Part shown: one piece after another, positions 26,739 to 32,000 of the stretch
Layout of the letters: each line of letters begins with the position of its first letter
How positions within the stretch are numbered: position 1 is the stretch's first letter
From: Haloferax volcanii DS2
Lineage (GTDB): Archaea > Halobacteriota > Halobacteria > Halobacteriales > Haloferacaceae
Direction of reading: 5' to 3'
Length of the DNA: 32,000 nucleotides
Assembly: GCF_000025685.1 (NCBI RefSeq)
Contig: NC_013967.1
Span: 270,001-302,000, forward strand
Translations under genes and position numbers: made by a program
The notes under the pieces: model-generated
Databases searched by the model: none
What the model saw: the letters and a program-made list of their open reading frames with translations, nothing else
Told to the model about the DNA's origin: nothing

Positions 26739-27424
26739 GCCGAACCGCCGAGTCGACCGGCGACTTCGACGCCGTCTCGCGCGTCCTCGACGCCTTCCGC
26801 GCCGGCGAGCCGGTGCTCGTCCACGACTTCGACGACCGCGAGGGCGAGACCGACCTCGTCTACCCCGCGGGCGCGGTCGGTTCCGCCGACGTGGCCCGGA
26901 TGCGCAACGACGCCGGCGGTCTCGTCTGCGTCGCCCTTCCGAACGACGTGTCGGAGTCCCTCGGTCTCCCGTTCATGGACGACGTGCTCGACCATCCGGC
27001 CGCGTCGTCTCACGACCTCGCGTACGACTCGCGGTCGTCGTTTTCCTTCACGGTGAACCACCGCGACTCGTTTACAGGCATCACCGACCGCGACCGCGCG
27101 ATGACCATCTCTCGGCTCGCGCCCGTCGCCGAGGCCGCCCGCGCCGGCGAGTACGACGCCGACGACTTCGGCGGCGAGTTCCGCGCGCCCGGCCACGTCC
27201 ACCTGCTCCGCGGCGCGCCGAACCTGCTTTCGGACCGCCAGGGCCACACCGAACTCGGCCTCGCCTTGGCCGACGAGGCGGGTATCTCGCCCGCGGTCGT
27301 CGTCTGCGAGATGCTCGACGACGAGACCGGCGCGGCGCTCCCGAAAGACGCCGCCCGCGACTACGCCGACCGACACGGCTTCGCCTTCGTCGACGGCGAC
27401 GGCCTCATCGACGAACTCGTCTGA
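26735..27424 (+). CDS. ribB: 3,4-dihydroxy-2-butanone 4-phosphate synthase
   Basis: [16 protein letters not shown] and RQGHTELGL motifs. ATG 26735 overlaps the ribK stop (ATGA). Confidence 0.9.
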   Translation: MSRTAESTGDFDAVSRVLDAFRAGEPVLVHDFDDREGETDLVYPAGAVGSADVARMRNDAGGLVCVALPNDVSESLGLPFMDDVLDHPAASSHDLAYDSRSSFSFTVNHRDSFTGITDRDRAMTISRLAPVAEAARAGEYDADDFGGEFRAPGHVHLLRGAPNLLSDRQGHTELGLALADEAGISPAVVVCEMLDDETGAALPKDAARDYADRHGFAFVDGDGLIDELV

Positions 27425-27440
27425 GCGACCGAGGGGTCGC
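27425..27440. terminator. Hairpin GCGACC-gagg-GGTCGC between convergent ribB and the SDR gene
   Basis: 6-bp perfect stem directly after the ribB TGA, within a 30-nt convergent spacer. No T-run. Confidence 0.25.
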
Positions 27441-27454
27441 CCGGATTCACCTTC

Positions 27455-28345
27455 TCACGCGCGCCCGTCGCGCCACGACCACGTCGGCTCCCACCCGAGC
27501 AGTCGCTTCGCCTTCTCGGTCGAGACGAGCGCTTCGTGGCCCGAAAGCGACTCTCGGGTCTCCGCGTCGGGGTAGACCTCGCTGGCGAGCGTCGCAGATT
27601 CGACGGTCGTCGAGGTGTCGGCGGCCGCGGCCCAGAACACCTCGTGGCCCGCGAAGTCTGCTTCGAGCGCCCGGCGGACGAGTCGCGCGGCGTCCTCTCT
27701 GCCGAGGTACGAAAACAGCGTGTTGCGCGCGGTGTGGAAGTGCCCGGCGTCCCGAAGTCCCGACAGCGAGCGGTCGGCCTCGGCGAACGTTTGTCTCCCC
27801 TCCTCCTCGCTCGGCATCCACGGAAATCGGAGGCTGGCGACCGTCTCGGGTGCGTCGGCGCGGCGGACGAACCCCGCGGCGGTCTGTTCTGCGACGTACT
27901 TCCCGAGGCCGTAGGGGTTCGAGGGCGTCGCGCGGTGGCTCTCGTCCACCGGGAGGAAGTCGATTCGAGCGGGGTCGGGTTCGAAGCTTCCGCCGATGGC
28001 GCTCATGCTGGAGGCGACGACCACGCGGTCGATGCCGAGCGCGGCGGCGACTTCGAGGACGACGTAGGTCGACTGGACGTTGCTCTCGAAGACGCGGTGG
28101 CCGGGGTCGTTCGTCGGCGTCGAGATGGTTCCGAGATGGACGACTGCGTCGGCGTCGACGTCGCTGAGCGCCGCGGTGAGGTCGCCCGGGTCGAGCGCGC
28201 TCACCCGGTAGTCGTGGTCCGCGAGCGACGACTCGCTGTGTCGCGAGAGGTTCGTGACGGTGTAGCCGCTCGCGCGGAGGTGGGCGACGACGGTCGGCCC
28301 GAGGTTCCCGGTCCCGCCCGTGACGGCGACGGATTCGAGGCTCAT
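27455..28345 (-). CDS. NAD-dependent epimerase/dehydratase family protein (extended SDR)
   Basis: N-terminal Rossmann motif VAVTGGTGNLGPTVVAHL. 296 aa. ATG and TGA verified. Confidence 0.8.
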   Translation of the reverse strand: MSLESVAVTGGTGNLGPTVVAHLRASGYTVTNLSRHSESSLADHDYRVSALDPGDLTAALSDVDADAVVHLGTISTPTNDPGHRVFESNVQSTYVVLEVAAALGIDRVVVASSMSAIGGSFEPDPARIDFLPVDESHRATPSNPYGLGKYVAEQTAAGFVRRADAPETVASLRFPWMPSEEEGRQTFAEADRSLSGLRDAGHFHTARNTLFSYLGREDAARLVRRALEADFAGHEVFWAAAADTSTTVESATLASEVYPDAETRESLSGHEALVSTEKAKRLLGWEPTWSWRDGRA

Positions 28346-28403
28346 ACCCCGTCATGGCGGCCCGCGGACAAAACCGCCGGGGGCGTGGTAGTCGGGTCGT
28401 CAT

Positions 28404-28410
28404 GATTTTA
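28404..28410 (+). promoter_or_regulatory. TATA-like box (GATTTTA) for ilvE
   Basis: Centred about 28 nt upstream of ATG 28435, supporting the shortened start. Confidence 0.45.
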
Positions 28411-28434
28411 GAGGGGGCCGCCGAAGGCCACTAC

Positions 28435-29373
28435 ATGGGATTTGACGAGATGGATGTCTCGACGATCTGGCAGAGTGGAGAGTACAAGGACTGGGAGGAC
28501 GCGACGGTGCACGTCCTCACCCACGGTCTCCACTACGGGACGGGCGTCTTCGAGGGCGTTCGCGCCTACGACACCGACCGCGGCCCGGCCATCTTCCGCT
28601 GGGAGGAACACCTCGAACGGCTCTATCAGTCCGCGAAGCCCTACGACATGGAGATTCCGTACACGCGCGAGGAACTCACCGAGGCGACGCTGGAGGTCAT
28701 CCGCCGCAACGACCTCGACGGCGGATACATCCGCCCCATCGCCTTCTACGGCTACGACTCGCTCGGCGTCAGCCCCAAGGACAACCCGACTGAGGTCGCC
28801 ATCGCGGCGTGGCCGTGGGGGACCTACCTCGGCGAGGACGCGCTCGAAAACGGCGTCGACGTGATGGTCTCGTCGTGGCGCAAGCACGCCTCCAGCCAGA
28901 TTCCGACGAACGCGAAGACGACCGGGCTCTACGTGAACTCCATGCTCGCGGGCGAGGAAGCCCGCCGCAACGGCTACGTCGAAGCCATCGTCCTGAACAA
29001 GGAGGGCAACGTCGCAGAGGGTCCCGGCGAGAACATCTTCATGGTCCGCGACGGGAAAATCTACACGCCCGGCCTCTCCCAGAGCATCCTCGACGGCATC
29101 ACCCGCGACACCGTCATCACGCTCGCCCGCGAGCGCGGCTACGAGGTCGACGACAGCGCGACCATCAGCCGCGGCGAACTCAACACGGCCGACGAGCTGT
29201 TCTTCACCGGCAGCGCCGCCGAAGTGACTCCCATCCGCAAGGTCGACAACGTCGTCATCGGCGAGGGCACTCGCGGCCCGGTCACGGAGGAGCTGCAGTC
29301 CGCCTTCTTCGACCTCGTGGAGCGCCGCACCGACGACCACGAAGAGTGGTTCACCTACGTCGACGAGCAGTAG
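28435..29373 (+). CDS. ilvE: Branched-chain amino acid aminotransferase (class IV)
   Basis: IWQSGEYKDWEDATVHVLTHGLHYGTGVFEGVRAY aligns with the IlvE N-terminus as I recall it. Also EGPGENIF. The ORF-track extension from 28354 was rejected. Confidence 0.9.
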   Translation: MGFDEMDVSTIWQSGEYKDWEDATVHVLTHGLHYGTGVFEGVRAYDTDRGPAIFRWEEHLERLYQSAKPYDMEIPYTREELTEATLEVIRRNDLDGGYIRPIAFYGYDSLGVSPKDNPTEVAIAAWPWGTYLGEDALENGVDVMVSSWRKHASSQIPTNAKTTGLYVNSMLAGEEARRNGYVEAIVLNKEGNVAEGPGENIFMVRDGKIYTPGLSQSILDGITRDTVITLARERGYEVDDSATISRGELNTADELFFTGSAAEVTPIRKVDNVVIGEGTRGPVTEELQSAFFDLVERRTDDHEEWFTYVDEQ

Positions 29374-29451
29374 ACGCCCGCGAAAACGAGCTCCCTTTTC
29401 ACGTCACTGTACCGCCACGGCCCGATAGCGACGACCGCCGCCGCCGAATCC

Positions 29452-30096
29452 TTACTCGTTGCTGGGGACTCGCCCGTCGCCGGACTCTTCGGTCACTTCG
29501 ATGTTGAACTCGTCCACGTGGTCCTGTTCTGCGAACCCGGCCGAGAGGACGCGCGTGAGGGCCTCTTCGACCTTCTCGCCGGTCTCTTCGATGTCTTCGG
29601 GGTCGACTTCCATCACGAACCCGGTGGTGATGTTCGGCGCGGTCGGCATGAAGACGATCACCTTGCCGTCTTTGGTCGTCTTCCCGGTCTTGAACGCGGT
29701 CATGCGGATGCCCGGCCACGTTTCGAGACGGACCGGCTTCTGGAGGTCTTCGGTACCAGTGAGCGCGGTTTCGACCGCGAGCTTAGAAGCGTTGTAGACG
29801 ATTCGGACGAGCGGGACCTTGTTCATGGCGGCGTCGAGGCCGGATTCGAGCAGGCGGCCGGCCGTCGTCCGCATCAGGTAGCCGACCGAGAGGACTAACA
29901 GCAGGAAGATGATGATGGAGATGATAAATCCGAGCGCCTCCGAAAGCGGCGTCACCGTCCCGTCGGTGGAAAGAACTGTCGCAACGTACGGAATCGACGT
30001 GATTCCGTTATAAAAGAAGGCGAGGATGTACAGGATGACGATGAGCGGAACGAGGACCACGAGGCCGCTGGCGAAGTCGCGTCTCCACGAGGACAT
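29452..30096 (-). CDS. DUF502-like membrane protein
   Basis: MSSWRRDFASGLVVLVPLIVILYILAFFY plus a second TM helix, then a soluble C-domain. CTTATG lies about 30 nt upstream of ATG 30096. Confidence 0.7.
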   Translation of the reverse strand: MSSWRRDFASGLVVLVPLIVILYILAFFYNGITSIPYVATVLSTDGTVTPLSEALGFIISIIIFLLLVLSVGYLMRTTAGRLLESGLDAAMNKVPLVRIVYNASKLAVETALTGTEDLQKPVRLETWPGIRMTAFKTGKTTKDGKVIVFMPTAPNITTGFVMEVDPEDIEETGEKVEEALTRVLSAGFAEQDHVDEFNIEVTEESGDGRVPSNE

Positions 30097-30175
30097 TGAT
30101 ATCGGGTACGTGAACCCGCGGGCATAAGGGGATTTCTAGTGCGGGACGGGGGCGTACCCGCACCCCATCGCTCTC

Positions 30176-31015
30176 TCAGACGCCGACGACCGCCCGGAGT
30201 GCGAACAGGGCGTTTTCCTTGCGCTCGCGGACCCGGCGGTAGAAGTACGAGACCCACTTGTCGCCGTAGGGCGCGTACTGCCACACCTCGACGCCGTCGG
30301 CGGCGAGGTCGCGCTGGGCGTCCTCGCGCACGCCCATGAGCATCTGTACCTCGTAGTCGCGGTCGTACTCCGCGCCGAGGTCGTGCGCGTAGGCTATCAT
30401 CTCGGGGTCGTGGCTCCCGACGGCGATACCGCCGTCGTACTCCCGAAACAGGTACGCGAGGAGTTCCTTGTACGCCTCGTTCACCGCCGATTTCTGCTTG
30501 TGGGCGACCGCGGCCGGTTCGTCGTACGCGCCCTTGACGAGGCGGATCTTCCCCGGCACGTCGGCGAGGCGTTCGAGGTCGTCGGGCGTGCGCTTGAGGT
30601 TCGCCTGCACGCACAGTCCCATCCCGCCGTCGAACTCGCGGGCGAGCTCCTCGAAGGCGTCGAGGGTCACGTCGGTCGTCTCGTGGTCCTCCATGTCGCA
30701 CCACAGGAAGACGCCGTGTTCGTCGGCCGCCTCGGCGATGCGCCGGTAGTTCTCCTCGAACACGTGGTCGCCCGCGTCGAGGCCGATTTGCGAGGGCTTG
30801 ACCGACACGCAGGCGTCGATGCCGGTCGAGGCGATGTCCTCGACGAGGTCGACGTAGGCCGCCGCGTCCTCGTCCGCGGGGGCGCGCTCGGCGTAGTGCT
30901 CCCCGAGGAGGTTGAGGATGACCGCCACGCCGTCGTCGTTCATCCGTCGGGCGTGGTCGAGCGCTCCCGCCGCGGACTCTCCCGCGACGAACCTGCTCGC
31001 GATGGGCGGAATCAT
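30176..31015 (-). CDS. Proline dehydrogenase family protein
   Basis: [45 protein letters not shown] and [14 protein letters not shown] match the PRODH barrel motifs. Confidence 0.85.
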   Translation of the reverse strand: MIPPIASRFVAGESAAGALDHARRMNDDGVAVILNLLGEHYAERAPADEDAAAYVDLVEDIASTGIDACVSVKPSQIGLDAGDHVFEENYRRIAEAADEHGVFLWCDMEDHETTDVTLDAFEELAREFDGGMGLCVQANLKRTPDDLERLADVPGKIRLVKGAYDEPAAVAHKQKSAVNEAYKELLAYLFREYDGGIAVGSHDPEMIAYAHDLGAEYDRDYEVQMLMGVREDAQRDLAADGVEVWQYAPYGDKWVSYFYRRVRERKENALFALRAVVGV

Positions 31016-31141
31016 AATAAACGATTGCGACCGTCAGCTATTGAGGGTTATCATCGATTCGGACGCGAAATCGAACGACACCGTCGCCTCCCCCGGCGAC
31101 GAACCGTCGGAACTTACAGTCCTCGCCGCCGACGGGTCGGT

Positions 31142-31684
31142 ATGGTCGTCTCTCTCGTCGCCACCGCCTTCTGGGCGATGCTGCCCGCGTACGTGCCGAA
31201 CAACGCCGCCGTCCTCGCGGGCGGCGGCCGCCCCATCGACGGCGGCCGAACGTGGGGCGGTCGGCGCGTCCTCGGGGACGGCAAGACGTGGCGCGGCACC
31301 GCCGCCGGGACGCTGGCCGGGACGCTCCTCGCCGTCGTCCTCAACGCCGCCGCGCCCGCGGCCTCGGGCGCGCTCGGCGTCTCGCTCCCGACGTTCCCGC
31401 TCGCCGCCGGGTTCGGACTCGCGCTCGGCGCGATGCTCGGTGACATCGGCGCGTCGTTCATCAAGCGTCGCTCGGGTCGCGAGCGCGGGGCCGCCTTCCC
31501 CGGCCTCGACCAACTCGACTTCGTCGTCGGCGCGCTCGCCCTCGCGTTCGTCGCCGCGCCCGGCTGGTTCGCGGCGACGTTCTCCCTGCCCGTGCTCGCG
31601 GTCGTGCTCGTGATGACGCCCGTGCTCCACGTCGTCACCAACGTCGGCGCGTACTTGCTGGGACTAAAAAACGAGCCGTGGTAA
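31142..31684 (+). CDS. carS: CDP-archaeol synthase (CDP-2,3-bis-O-geranylgeranyl-sn-glycerol synthase)
   Basis: [36 protein letters not shown] and PGLDQLDF motifs of the DUF46/CarS family. ATG verified at 31142. Confidence 0.88.
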   Translation: MVVSLVATAFWAMLPAYVPNNAAVLAGGGRPIDGGRTWGGRRVLGDGKTWRGTAAGTLAGTLLAVVLNAAAPAASGALGVSLPTFPLAAGFGLALGAMLGDIGASFIKRRSGRERGAAFPGLDQLDFVVGALALAFVAAPGWFAATFSLPVLAVVLVMTPVLHVVTNVGAYLLGLKNEPW

Positions 31685-31750
31685 TCCACGCGGTTACCGC
31701 TCACCCGAACCGTCCCGCTTAAGCGCCTCCCTGAACCCTCTCGAAACAAG

Positions 31751-32000
31751 ATGGCGAACGCAGCACTCATCGAGGCGCTCCGAGCCGCCGACGCGGTCCA
31801 GTTCGGCGAGTTCGAGCTCTCCCACGGCGGCACGTCGAGCTACTACGTGGACAAGTACCTCTTCGAGACCGACCCCCGGTGTCTGAAGCTCATCGCCGAA
31901 GCGTTCGCAGAGCGCGTCGCGGACGACGACAAACTGGCCGGCGTCGCGCTCGGCGCGGTCCCGCTCGTGGCCGCCACCGCGGTCGAGACGAACAAGCCGT
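31751..32000 (+). CDS. pyrE: Orotate phosphoribosyltransferase, 5' part (runs off the window)
   Basis: [36 protein letters not shown] is a typical PyrE N-terminus. Confidence 0.85.

Noticed and set aside
29383-29400. GAAAAcgagctcccTTTTC element between convergent ilvE and the DUF502 gene, considered as a bidirectional terminator.
   Set aside because: The stem is only five A:T pairs with an imperfect interior. The T4 runs on each strand might contribute to termination, but the evidence is too weak to annotate.

Overview
High-GC haloarchaeal chromosomal core region. Evidence for the taxon: strongly acidic predicted proteins, GC3-rich codons, an A-type ATP synthase, and TATA boxes 25-35 nt upstream of most start codons. 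The gene order resembles what I recall for Haloferax-type genomes. There is no transposase, integrase, CRISPR array, tRNA or rRNA. Read left to right: a histidine-kinase 3' fragment; a DUF373-like membrane protein; idsA; etfBA; a divergent surface module (membrane-tethered wHTH protein, secreted protein, pilin-like protein); a quinone-type methyltransferase; atpHI and atpKECFAB; a REC-like/LOV/GAF/HTH_10 regulator inserted before a separately promoted atpD; a CxxC protein; aRF1; a MinD4-like ATPase with a ~340-aa polyacidic tail; an unlisted 45-aa hydrophobic micro-ORF; argS; an unlisted 50-aa zinc-finger ORF; HTH-ribK/ribB; an SDR epimerase; ilvE; a DUF502-like protein; proline dehydrogenase; carS; and the pyrE 5' part. 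Many ORF-track starts were shortened to the ATG that sits behind a TATA-like box. The most interesting items are: (1) a canonical LOV domain with its adduct cysteine intact, in a Bat-type regulator that splits the ATP synthase cluster; (2) the transmembrane wHTH/secreted/pilin-like trio; (3) a 432-nt GC-rich spacer loaded with GTTCC/GGAAC half-sites upstream of the HTH-ribK/ribB operon; (4) an 18-bp perfect palindrome abutting a TATA box upstream of the small zinc-finger ORF. All homology calls rest on motif recognition by eye. No searches were run.
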